64,000 bases of DNA, taken from Amoebophrya sp. A120 (taxonomy: Eukaryota; Protista; Dinoflagellata). The stretch lies in NCBI GenBank assembly GCA_905178155.1, contig CAJINV010000011.1, positions 72,154-136,153 on the forward strand, in the 5' to 3' direction. A program made the position numbers and the translations under genes. Positions 11,001 to 21,520 of this stretch are shown here, piece after piece (the first letter of the stretch is position 1; the number at the start of each line of letters is the position of its first letter). Below the pieces are notes generated by a model. The model worked only from the letters and a program-made list of their open reading frames with translations. It made no database searches and had not been told where the DNA came from.

Positions 11001-14000
11001 TCTGGAAACTTGTGATGCTAAAAGTGAATGGTAGACGGACTGCAATACGCAGCTGTGCATGACAAATTTTTTGGCTCCCATGTCTTACGTATTCCGCGTG
11101 ACAAACTGCGTTTTTGCATGACAGGTAAGAAAGCCTTTTCGTGCCTATGCATGACAGATTCGCGAGTTATGCCAGACAAGCATGACAGACTTGCATTCTT
11201 CCAGACCCAGACACTTTTACAATTGATACGGCAAGGGTCCACGGCCTGGCGGCTTGGCGACCGCAGCAGAAGTGCTCCTCCTGCCGGTTGTAACGGTTTC
11301 ATCCCACGACTCGCCTTCGTCTGCCTTTTGATACTTCTTGGGCTGGTATCAAAGGTGCACAAGAGCTACTCTCCGTTCCCCTCATCATGTGATGTCATGC
11401 AAAATATCAAATCCACTTCTTGCGCTACTTAGGGACTGGTAGCATGACAAGTTCTCTGTTCCTCGAGTACTAGGAATTCCTCGAGTACTAGAGAAAAAAA
11501 CAGTACTAGAATTGTTATCCTTCTTGTTCGGATTTTACATGCGGGAGATGACCCACTTCTGTGCCACTAAAACTTGTCGTGGGGCTTCTAAATAAATATG
11601 CGTTTGTTCAAATGAAGTTGATGGGGGGCGTTGAGCACAACTACAACTCTGACTCTCGTAGCTGGTCGCCGTGCCGTTTGCTCGCGCTCCTCGGGCGTTT
11701 GTTGGTGTGTTCCTTTACCTTGCTGGAGTACCGCGACGGGCCTGGGCCGCCCAGAATGTCGCGCGAGGAGCGGTCGTTCTTGGCGCGAGGAGAACTTGTT
11801 TCACCTCGTTCATCTCCCCACGGAGACACCGGTCTTTTCGGATTCTTGGCGAGGCCGTCATTGTGGTTTTTAGCAACTTCATTGCCTCCGCCCACAGAAG
11901 TAGTGTTGCAGTTCGTCTCGAAAGAAGTTGTGTCCTTCTGTTTGCTCTGGCCTCCACCTCTCGGTTTATTATTGTCCTTCACCTTGCTTTGCCCACCTCT
12001 CGGTTCCCGGGGCAGGCTACGTTGCTTCACCTTACTTTGCTTGCCACCATCTTCGCGAACGTTATTCGAAGTGCTGTCGACGCGCTCCTTGCTACTTCGG
12101 CCGCCACGGAGATGTACGGGTGTGGTCTTCTTATCTTTCACTTTGCTCTCGCCCCGTCCATTTGGTCGGTTTATCACGGCAGGTATGGAGTGCAAACGCA
12201 TCGCTCTAGCAGTAAGTAATTATTGCTCAGCATGAGTAGAAATGGAATTTGTAATGCGGATTTCCCTTGAAAAAAAAATAGCAATGCATGACTGCAATAA
12301 CAACTGAGAGCGCGATACTTTTGCACAGGATAGAAGGAGGTCGGTTTATCTTGGCGACCGCAGCAGAAGTGCTCCTCCCGCCGGTTGTACAGCTACGCTG
12401 CTGCTGCAGTTGCATATGCATTGCAAATATGTCTCGGTCTGGAAGAGTGCAACTTGTCATGCTGCATCTGGATCAGGGAAAAATTTGTCTTGCATATATT
12501 ACCAAAAGATGCCCACTGTTGAACAAGTTTAGAGGCAGTTTCTCATGCAGCAAAGGCATGATAGAGATCTCACATAACCTGTCATGCTAGGCCGCGCATG
12601 CCAAACCGTGCGCGTCATGGAAAACCTGCATGACAAGCCTAGCAATCTTCCAGACCCAGACATATTTGCAATGCATAGTGCACCAGCAAAGGTCCACGGC
12701 CTGGCGACTTGGCGACCGCAGCAGAAGTGCTCCTCTCGCCGGTTTTACAGCTAGGCTACTTATCAAATGTAAAAATGTCTGGGTGTGGAAGATTGCCAGG
12801 TTTGTCATGCATATTTCTCATGATCCATGATGCCTGTAATGCATGACCTAGCATTACAGACTTTTAGAGGGCTTCCTGATGCACCTTTCGCATGAGAAGT
12901 GCGCTGTCCGGCAAGCACAAACCGGACCCCTCGTTCTGGTCATACAATACAATTTTTTTTAGTGTCCAAATTCAGCATGACAAGTTGCGCTCTTCCAGAC
13001 CCAGACATTTTTAGATTTTGCATTTGATACTGCTCCTGCAGTTGCTTGCCCCGGGGGGCCCTGCTTGCGCCCCGCTCCGGTTCTGTTGAATGAAATGATT
13101 TCTTATTATCTTTATTGTTTTCCGCGACTCTATCCATCTTTGTCTCCGCGTCTGCAGCAGGACTTGTTCCCATTTCCTTGCATACAACACATGAGTGACA
13201 TGCTCTACATCTTTATATCCTTATAAGAAACGGCGATAAAAATCTTCAGGAGGGCGATCTAGATAATCTTCATTAGCAGAATAGGACCTTCGTATACCTT
13301 TCTTTTCCCCCGTCGCTGCAGTACCATCAGCAGTCGTTCCCAGAGCAGCAGCAGGACCATCGCGCGCTGCCGTAATCTTGGCCACAATGTCGGCACTTGG
13401 GAAATCAGACATTTGTTTCAGCAGGCCTGGCCCTCGTTGGTCCGAGCTACAACTCACAGATTGCGTCCGACGAGTTGGGGCACCTTCTGCCAGGGTCTAT
13501 CCTGTATCGAAACGTCCCCACACCAGAGTCAAGATGGGAAATCTGCTAGACAAATCAGCCAGCATTGGCTGCTTCGCGTGACAAGTTCTTTGTCCTCGCA
13601 GTGTAATCCTGTAGTTTAGCTACTTCATCAGCATCACAGATCTAGCATATCAAGCTGATCTTAGCATCAAAAATTCCAAAACACAACCAAAAAATGCTTT
13701 TCATGGGGCTCCGCATCAGAAACTTTTTTGGCATGCAAATTGGCATGACAACTATCGGGTGGGTACGTTTTTGCTCAGGGTAGGACGCCCTCGTTGCTCG
13801 TCGTTATTTTTTGTCGTAGTTGATGTGCTCCAGCTCTTTCGCCGAATGAAGAGGATGGGCCAGAAGCGGCACTCGTACGACCTCTGCGAGGCGCGATGGC
13901 GCTTCCAAGGTTCACTTGCTTCTTGTTCGCAGATGAAGATGTAGAAAGTGCAGCGGAAGATGCACACACGGACGAACTACTCCCCGATGGGATAGGAGCC

Positions 14001-14890
14001 ACTGCTCCTGTAGAAAGTGGCGGATCCAGTGCTGCTGCTTCTTGCGCTGGTTCTTTCAGCGGTGCCTTGGTTTGTTGATGACTCGCCGACTGTTTCATAT
14101 TTCCTGATACTGCTCTATGCTGCTGGTCTTGCTTTTGGTCTTCCCCAGCGTCATCTGTGATCTTAATTGCTCTACTTACCGACGCGGTACGGTTGATCTT
14201 GGTAGCATTGGCCGGCATGGGAGGCAGGTCCTGTTTGCAGACGCACCCTGATGTGGTTCCTCGGGCCCGCGACTTACTCAGACCGGGCGCGGGGCAGCGC
14301 CTCACACTACGAATACGATACGTCTCCTCCTGCTTCTTGCCGTTAAAGGTTCTTTGGTCGGGGACTGGCGGCGCAAAATGACCGCCCAAAGATGAAGATA
14401 TAGCCGCGTCGTGACTCTTGTTGTCTTTACTGCCACGACCTCCTGTTGCGCTCCTACCTCTACTTCTGCTCCGGAGCCGAGGTGGAGACACAGCAAGGCT
14501 GGGCTGCCCGACATGCTGCACCACCGCAGAACGAGCAGAAGGGTCCACCAAATTCGATTCTTCCTTGTTGTTTTGCTTGCTAGTGGTGGAGGCCGCTGCT
14601 GGTGCACGACTGCAACTCGTGGCGTTGCGAAAAACGCTGGGCCTTTGCTTTTTTGATCGTGGAGGCATTGGCGACTCCTCCTTTTTTTTTTCCTTCTTCA
14701 TGGTCCTCTTCTTCCTTCTAATTGGAGCTTCGTTTTCATCCGGGCCGAGGACAGCTGTCTCCCACTCGTCAGAGGACGACTTCTCGCTTATTACAATGAA
14801 AAATGTCACCATCCCAGAAATTGGCACCGTTTGTATTGCAAACCCTATTTTTTCCATTGATTGGGAGCATTCCCCGTCTACTTCTTGCAT
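8063..14890 (-). CDS. RNA 5'-triphosphatase of the cysteine-phosphatase family (DUSP11/PIR1 or capping-enzyme type) with long low-complexity N-terminal region
   Basis: Spliced C-terminal domain reads KIIPLKTP...LIVNLTNTDKY...VAGRKVPTLGDVDDVTWWMRDYVTRYPDKKIAIHCTHGVNRTGFFVIAYL...AQKHFEMHRG, with the HCTHGxNRTG P-loop. Upstream exons join in frame across introners; a few ordinary introns are unresolved and the 5' end is uncertain. Confidence 0.8.
8311..8466. mobile_element. Introner, family B
   Basis: TTGCAAAAGTATCGCACTC...GAGTGCGATACTTTTGCAATCCATA; direct repeat ACGCA/ATGCA; restores phosphatase frame. Confidence 0.85.
8516..8817. mobile_element. Introner, family C (degenerate)
   Basis: TATGCTGAGGAAAAATCTCCCCCAC...GTGGGGGCTTTTTTCACTTTGATA; direct repeat CTGGC/CTTTC; frame restored. 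Confidence 0.75.
9330..9622. mobile_element. Introner, family A (readable as GT-AG)
   Basis: TGTCTGGGTCTG core at both ends; direct repeat CCTCG/CCTCG. Confidence 0.9.
9687..9972. mobile_element. Introner, family C
   Basis: TATCCTAAGTAAAAACGTCCCC...GGGGACGTCTTTCCTGAGAATA; direct repeat GTTCC/GTTCC. Confidence 0.9.
10978..11228. mobile_element. Introner, family A
   Basis: TATCAAATGCAAAAATGTCTGGGTCTGGAA...TTCCAGACCCAGACACTTTTACAATTGATA; direct repeat CGGCA/CGGCA. Confidence 0.92.
11347..11660. mobile_element. Degenerate introner
   Basis: TA...TA ends; direct repeat GCTGG/GCTGG; frame restored (GDQ|PKKY); inverted repeats eroded. Confidence 0.65.
11700..12160 (-). repeat. Coding peptide repeat (GGxSKVK-like, about 5 copies)
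   Basis: GESKVKD, KQSKVKQ, GQSKVKD, GQSKQKD and YSSKVKE in ORF 11641-12201. Confidence 0.65.
12184..12332. mobile_element. Introner, family B
   Basis: TATGGAGTGCAAACGCATCGC...GCGATACTTTTGCACAGGATA; direct repeat GCAGG/GAAGG. Confidence 0.85.
12415..12677. mobile_element. Introner, family A
   Basis: Near-perfect TATGCATTGCAAATATGTCT inverted repeat; direct repeat TTGCA/GTGCA. Confidence 0.92.
12761..13029. mobile_element. Introner, family A
   Basis: TATCAAATG...CATTTGATA; direct repeat CTACT/CTGCT. Confidence 0.9.
13498..13782. mobile_element. Introner, family C (readable as GT-AG)
   Basis: TATCCTGTATCGAAACGTCCCCAC...GTGGGTACGTTTTTGCTCAGGGTA; direct repeats diverged; frame restored. Confidence 0.8.
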
Positions 14891-15136
14891 ATCTACTCAG
14901 CATCACACATGATAATTTTCATGCTGAATATTAGCTCAAGTTTGTGTTGCAATGGAGCCCAGCAGCAGCCGGATCTGTATATACAAAAAGGATACCTTCT
15001 TGCGCACCTACATTTTTCTACATCAGAAAGACGCGTAGCTCTTTCATGCAAAACAAAAAGTTTTCATCCGGATGAAACCTTGCATCAGGAGAAACTTTTG
15101 AGAATTTTGGGGGTGGGGGCACTTTTCATTCTAATA
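14890..15136. mobile_element. Degenerate family C-like element
   Basis: Right end GGGGTGGGGGCACTTTTCATTCTAATA resembles that of 8516-8817; direct repeat TTGCA/TTGCT; frame joining unresolved. Confidence 0.55.
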
Positions 15137-18100
15137 TTGCTGGAACACGAAGATGCCACCGAAGCTCGACGAGGCGCCAGCGAATACCTAATGCTCCCAC
15201 CTGGAGAACGGCTGCAAGCGGTTTCGTAGCCTCTTGCGCGCTTCAAGTGACTCGGAACCCACGGACGCTGCGATCCCGGGTTGGTGCGGCGTTCTGGTGC
15301 TGTTTCATTTTGTACTTCTAGGCACCTCTCGTCAGGAACTGGTGGTGATTGCCTTATGCGGAGCGCCAGCCCTCCTGCTACTTCCGCTGCATTTTTCTTC
15401 GGCCCGGGTTCTACAGTGGCGGGAAATAGATGACCGGTTTGCGTGTTCGTGCGAAGTACATCTGTTTGATCTTGTTCTTCCACGACTGGCGAAGGTCCAC
15501 GGCCTTGTTGTGGGTCCGCGACCGCAACGGAGATTCCCCCAACTAAACTCCCGCTTGAACTCGCGCTCGGAGGTTGTTCTTGCCCGCCAGCAACTTGAAA
15601 TACTTCTCCACCGTCCATTTTTGCAGAAGAGCTGCCAGTACAACTCCCTATGCCTCCTCCTTCCGGGCTTGTCTTCCCGGCTGTTGCGACGTTCTGTGAA
15701 GAAGACGCCTTTGTAGGAACGCCAGTTGCAGCTGACGCTGTCCCCCCATCTTCGCGGCTGTTCTTGTCGGTAGTTCCAAGAACGCCTTCTGTTTGTGCCT
15801 GTTCTTCCGGAGGTCGTTGTACAACAGCAGGGGCTCCTGCTCGCTGGGCGCCAGCAGACGCAGCGGCACTATTACCCCCTCCACGACGATGCTGCGCACT
15901 GGCGGTTCGAAGGTTTACTGCCGTCATCTTATCCTGCGCAGAGGAAGACGATGAAGATGCAGATGCAGCCGATGAGGACGATTGCGGTGGCGCAGCTGCC
16001 GCGATAGAAAGTGGCCTGCCTTCAACTGCAGGCTTTTGTTCACCGCGTCGATGCCCAGGAACATCTGCGTCGGCAGAGTCGTCTGGTGGGTCGCGTTGTG
16101 GCTCCGACGACGGGCAGCTGTTTCCTAGAGCCGCTTTCCCTGCTCCCGTCGTGCTGGTTGTACCCGTTGTCTCTGTGATTCTTGCTCGCGCTCCGTGGTT
16201 CTTGCCCACGGGTGATGCTACTGCTGATGTTGAAGATGTTGCGGAAGAAGGTGCCAGCACACCCGTACCCGCTGACGAACCCAGTGGCGCAGTAGCTTTC
16301 GCTGCGTTCTTATCCGCCAGCTTTTTCGACGAAGCGACTCTGTGGCCATCACCGACATTATGTCTGCTCTTTTTGTTTTCATCGTTTCTCGGCGGTCCTT
16401 TCGCAGCACTACCTCCAGCGGCCACAGGCTGAATCCTACTAGAAGTTGTTCCCACTGGTGCGGCCACCTCACCGAGGTTCGGACGAGCAGCAGTGGTCGG
16501 TGCAGTAGAGGTTGCAGTAGCAGGTGGACCTTGAGGGCCAGGGCCGGGACCCCCCTTCGCTAGCGGAGCGGGAGCTCCACCTGGGGTCGGACGAAAAAAC
16601 TGCTCCACTTTTTCCAAATGTTTCTTTTCCAGCAGTTTGCTGTACTCTTCGAGCCCGACGCGGCACGAGGCGCTTTTCGCCTGGTTGCCAATCTTCATGA
16701 AGAGCAGCTTCGCCGCCTTGTGGTTGCCGTCGTCATACAACCGGTCGCCAATCATCTGGCAGTCCACTTCTGTGTTCGTTCCGGACCTCCACACGGAGTC
16801 CATTAAATCGTCCAGCTTGTCAATTTTCGCGTAGCTGTATGCTAGTTCCGACTCCAAATGTTGGTCTTTCCACGACTTGCGCGCCATTTCCAAAAACGGG
16901 ACCAGCTCCCCAAACTTGTTCTCCTTCTTGGCCACGGAGATCACCTCCGTGTAGTTTGAACCGTCGTTCGCCTTAAGGTAACTGGCGATGGCATCCGCGA
17001 CGGAACCTGATTGTTCGAGATACGCCTTTCCCAATTTGGTCCAGACAACCGGCTCGTTCACCCTTGCAGCATACGTGGCCGCGCGATCCATTCTCTTGGC
17101 CGTGTTCTTGATGCAGTCAAGCAAAACGGACATGGCCTCCGGGTGCATCTCCAGTTTGACGTAGCACGACGCCAGCTTCGCGTTGTTGCCAATCGACTGG
17201 AAGAGCAGCTTGGCCGCCTTGTAGTTGCCCTCGTCGTACAACCGGTCGCCGATCATCTGGCAGTTGGCGGTGCTTATCAAATGCAAAAATGTGGTCTGGG
17301 TCTAGAATGCAAACTTGGCAAGCGTACTTTGCATGCCCCACGAGGTCTGCTATGCAGGACCTAGCATGACAGGTTCTGCGAAGTCTCTATCATGTCTATC
17401 CTGCATGACAAACTGCCGCTAAAGTTGTTCAAACGTGGACGCCTTTCGGTAATCATGCAACACAAATTTCTGCACTATCCAGACTCAGCATGACAAGTTG
17501 CATCCTTCCAGACCCAGACATTTTTGCAATGCATAGTGTTGGTGCCAGACACGAACTCCTCCAAGTCCGCCAAATTGTCGATTTTCGCGTAGCTGTACAC
17601 CAGTTCCTATGCACTGCAACAGTAGCGCGCTCGTAGTAAAACTAAAAATTAAAATTATCGCAGTCATGGTCCATTACAAATTTAGTTATCAAGGTCAGTC
17701 CGCATCACAAATTAATGCACTTGTAATGCTGAGCCAATTTGTAATGCAATTCCTACTAGTACGGTACTTTTGCAATGCATAGTTCCGAGTCCAGGTGCTG
17801 GTCCTTCTGCGACTTCCGCGCCATTTTCAGAAACGTCACCAGTTCCTCGAATTTGTTCTGCCTCTCCGCCACGGAAATCACCTCCATGTAGTCCGAAGCG
17901 TCGTTCGCCTTAATGTAACTGTCGATAGCCTCGGCCACGATACCTGATAATTTCATTTTGCGTATATATCATGCAGGACAAACCTCCTTCGCGCAGTAGA
18001 TCAATCAGCATGACAAATTATTTTTGTCATTCTGAGCTCAATTTGAAAATTATGCACGTCACAATACCTGATTCCAAGTACGCCTTTCCCAATTTGCTCC

Positions 18101-21100
18101 ACACGACCGGCTCGTTCACCCGTGCGGCGTATTCCGCGGCCCGTTATCAAATGCAAATATGGTTGGGTCTGGAAGAGGGCATTTGTCATGCGGAATAGGC
18201 ACCAAGAAGCTCTCAAAAAATCTGTGATGCTAGGGCATGCATCACAGACATCAGGGCTCATGCAAAACGTGCATGACAAGTGTCACAATCTTCCAGCGCC
18301 AGACATTTTTACAGTTGATACCCGTTCTATGCTGTCAATGTTCAAAAGCAAAACGGACATGGCCTCCGGGTGCATCTTATCAAATTGAAAAATGTCTGGG
18401 TCTGGAAACTTGTGATGCTGGGTGGCGTCTCATGATGAGGCCACAAATGCTGGCTCAGCATGACAAGTTTCTAAGCTTCTAGGTGTTGCCTATTCTGCAT
18501 GACAAACTGCGTTCCTGCAGCACAGAAAAGTGGAGCTCTTGCGTAACGTGCATGACAGATTTAAGAGTCATGCCAGACAAGCATGACAAACCTGGCATTT
18601 TTCCAGACCCAGACACTTTTACATTTGATACATCTCGGCTTTCTCGAAGATCACCGACGCCACCTCGTGATACTCGTACTGCAGGGCGATCTGCGCGAGC
18701 TCTGGGCCGTTGGAAGTGAGATTTGTGACCAACAACCGGTTGATAAGATACATGACGAACTTTGGGTTCTCTTTGTCAACAACGATGGCCTCTCGAATCT
18801 CGTTTGTGTGCCAGTCCGCTCCGTAACAATCGGGCTGGATGGAAACGATCTCTTCTATCAAGTCACGGCGCTCCGCGATCAGTCCGGCATCTCCAAAAGC
18901 GGTCATATGGATTGTAAAAATGTCTGGGTCTGGAAGAATTCACGTTTGTCATGCTTGTCCGGCAGGACCCTTCCATCTGTCTATGCACGTTACCCAAGAG
19001 CTCCACTCTTCCGTGATGCAGAGCCGCAGTTTGTCATGCAGAATAGGCAACACCTAGGAGCTCGGAAACTTGTCATGCTGAGCCAGTATTCGTAGCCTCA
19101 TCATGAGACGCCACCCAGCATCACAAGTTTCCAGACCCAGACATTTTTACTTTTGATAGGTCAGGGCGGTTGACAAAGTGCATTTCTTCTCCGAGTCCTC
19201 CATAGTCGAGTTCTTTAACAGTGCAGGCACAGCGACGGTTATGCAAGAAAAAAACTACGTGAGTGTAAGTCTGTGATGCAGAAAGTGCAAAACTGTTTAC
19301 ACTTGTCATGCTGGGTCTGCGTCATAGGCTACTTTCACACGTGTTTCCACGTGCTAGCTGCGCATCACAGGAGTTCCCTGCAATGCAAAGCGAGTCTGTG
19401 ATGCTATTCTCGCTACAGAGTTACACTTACACAGTTTTTTTCCTGGATAACGGTAATGGTCGCATCGACGAGTCTCTTTCGGTTTTCTCTGTTCGCCGTG
19501 TTCATCCCGATCAACGTTCCCCATAGCTCCGAAGATTTCCTTCCCAGCAAGTACGTGGCTTGTTCGGAGAACATTTCGTGTTTGGTTGTCACCGCCACTA
19601 CTTCCTCGTCGCACCAGCCAGGCGCGCGACTGTAACAGATGTAAGCGAGGTGTGGTTTGTCTTTCTTTTCGCAGTACTTGCCGATCACTTTGAAGTCGCA
19701 CAGAAAGTGGTCATCCGTCAAGCGGGCCTCGGCCGCGCTAGGTTTCATCATCCTCGTCGAGTCGCAGTCGGCCTCGACGTAGGTCATCGCCAGCAGGTTC
19801 AGCAGTGAGCGGGTCATGTTCTCCATTGTTGCGACGACGTCCGGCGAGAGGACCGGGCCCGTCGTTGATGTTGTCTCTACTGCGTGCTGGGTGCGACGTG
19901 GAGGTGCAACGTCTTCGGAGGACCCTGTATCGTCACTGCATGTTGACCTTTTCCCTTTTTCTGTGACCGGTGCGTCGTCAAGCAGTTGCAGTCTGTTGAC
20001 CCGTTCCTGCATGGAAGATTTGGAAAATAGCTGCTCGAGCCACTGTTGCAGTGGGAGAAGGCGGTTCCGGCTTTTGTACTCCGCCACAAACTATGAAATG
20101 CAAAAAATATGTCTGGGTCTCCTGGAAGATTTCGAGATTTGTCTCATGCAGTTTTTATTCCCAGCTTCCTGAAATCAGGAATGCGCATCCTAGCATCACA
20201 GGTTCTACTGCAGCCCCTTTGTGATGCCTATTCTGCATGAGAAACACCTTCTCAGCAACATGGCCAGAAGTGAGCACCTGTTGCCAGTCATGCAAGACAA
20301 ATCTTTGTACGATCCGCACTTCGCATCACAAGTTCGGTTCCTTCCATTTCCAGACATATTTGCACTGGATACAATCGGCTCGACCGGGCACTGGAGTCGG
20401 ACCGCTAGGAGGACACAGGAGTGGAGAAAGTCTTCCGCCGGACAATAGACCTTACAGTCAAGCAGGCTACCCAAAACGGTTGGACCGTGGAAAGGGTGTG
20501 CTCGCAAATACCTTCTTATCACGGATTGCCACTCTACAACCGGTGGGCGAAAATTATTATTACCTGTAACCAGTTTCTCCAGTTCCTTCACGAAGCCGTG
20601 CTTGCCGCAGACGTAGCACAAACACAAAGGGAAGTCCGCGTGTTCTTTCAGGAACTTATCTCGTTTCGCTACCGGGTCGTACTTGCCGGGATTGTTCATG
20701 AGCCATAGGAACGTCACCCCGTCGCCGTCCTCTTTACTTTTTGCTGCCTTATCGTGGTTCTCGGCCCCACTAGGTTGACCTGAACTACTAGCCGACGCAG
20801 AGGCAGGGTCGGGGCCGCGAACGGTCAGCAACGCCGTGTGCAAAGCGGAGGGGGCACTGCCTACAGGTGCGGGAGATGAAGAAGGCGCATCTCCTCCGGT
20901 CGTGCTGGCTGTACCTGTTGTCTCTGTGATCTCCCTTGGCTCGTCGCCAGGGCCAGACCTCGTCTTGAATGCCCAAATCGCCTCCAGCAGATCGAAGAGT
21001 CTTTTCGTACACAATCGCTGTCCATCCTCGGTTTGGTAAACAACACGCCTCTGAAACCGTCCGCTTTTGTCCATGAAGGGAATCCGTGTCACCGTCCAGG

Positions 21101-21520
21101 AGGGCGGTATGTCTTTTGTAAGCGATATGCATTGCAAATTTTTCTGGTTCTGGAAGAATCCAAATTTTCTACGCTACAACGATCGGCCAGCATGACTGTC
21201 AAGTCTGTCATGCACGTGACCGAAGCACCTCGTTTTTCTGTCAACATGCAGAAACGCAGTTTGCTATGCAGAATTATAGGGCTTACCGATCAGCTAGAAA
21301 ATTCGCCATGCACATGCTCGGCCCTCAATTGTTGATATGTCCTCATGATTTTCCTAAGTACCTGCATCACAAGTTAATTCCAGACCCAAAACTATTTGCA
21401 GTGGATAACATGGCAGGTCCTGCCATCTCCTGTGTGGATAAACAGCAGGCGATCGTGTTTATCGGGAACCCACGACATCTTGAGGATGCGGTTATTTCTA
21501 GTTGCCGGCTCAATCCAGTT
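15085..21520 (-). CDS. Divergent partial clathrin heavy chain-like protein (leg/CHCR repeats) with an internal repeat duplication and low-complexity tail
   Basis: Spliced peptides YDPVAKRDKFLKE, PVEPIVAEYKSRNRLLPLQQWLE, VIGKYCEKKDKPHLAYICY, VNEPVVWSKLGKAYL, AIDSYIKANDASDYMEVI, LVTFLKMARK and IGDRLYDEGNYKAAKLLF match clathrin heavy chain leg repeats. Nine introners restore frame; both gene ends are uncertain. Confidence 0.8.
17275..17535. mobile_element. Introner, family A
   Basis: Family A ends; direct repeat GTGCT/GTGTT; restores SGTNT|ANCQM. Confidence 0.9.
17608..17781. mobile_element. Introner, family B
   Basis: TATGCACTGCAACAGTAGCG...CGGTACTTTTGCAATGCATA; direct repeat GTTCC/GTTCC; restores DSEL|VYSY. 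Confidence 0.9.
17948..18066. mobile_element. Degenerate introner-derived GT-AG intron
   Basis: TA...TA ends; direct repeat CCTGA/CCTGA; internal GCATGACAAA; restores YLESG|IVAEA. Confidence 0.7.
18145..18320. mobile_element. Introner, family A (internal-deletion derivative)
   Basis: Direct repeat CCCGT/CCCGT; body matches the right two-thirds of 2704-2968. Confidence 0.9.
18378..18630. mobile_element. Introner, family A
   Basis: Direct repeat CATCT/CATCT; restores KAEM|HPEAM. Confidence 0.92.
18906..19158. mobile_element. Introner, family A (inverted near-copy of 18378-18630)
   Basis: Direct repeat GGTCA/GGTCA; reverse complement aligns along its full length to 18378-18630. Confidence 0.92.
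19240..19449. mobile_element. Introner, family D
   Basis: TATGCAAGAAAAAAACTACGTGAGTGTAA...TTACACTTACACAGTTTTTTTCCTGGATA; direct repeat ACGGT/ACGGT. Confidence 0.85.
20092..20371. mobile_element. Introner, family A
   Basis: Direct repeat CAAAC/CAATC; restores PVEPI|VAEYK. Confidence 0.88.
21126..21407. mobile_element. Introner, family A
   Basis: TATGCATTGCAAA...TTTGCAGTGGATA; direct repeats diverged, but 5-nt-offset removal keeps frame. Confidence 0.8.

Noticed and set aside
11561-16432. Long plus-strand ORFs (e.g. 11561-12235, 15650-16432)
   Set aside because: Antisense shadows of GC-rich minus-strand exons.
17275-21407. Clathrin-like gene as a transposon-disrupted pseudogene
   Set aside because: All nine insertions excise to an intact frame with no stops in the exons, which argues for a spliced, functional gene.
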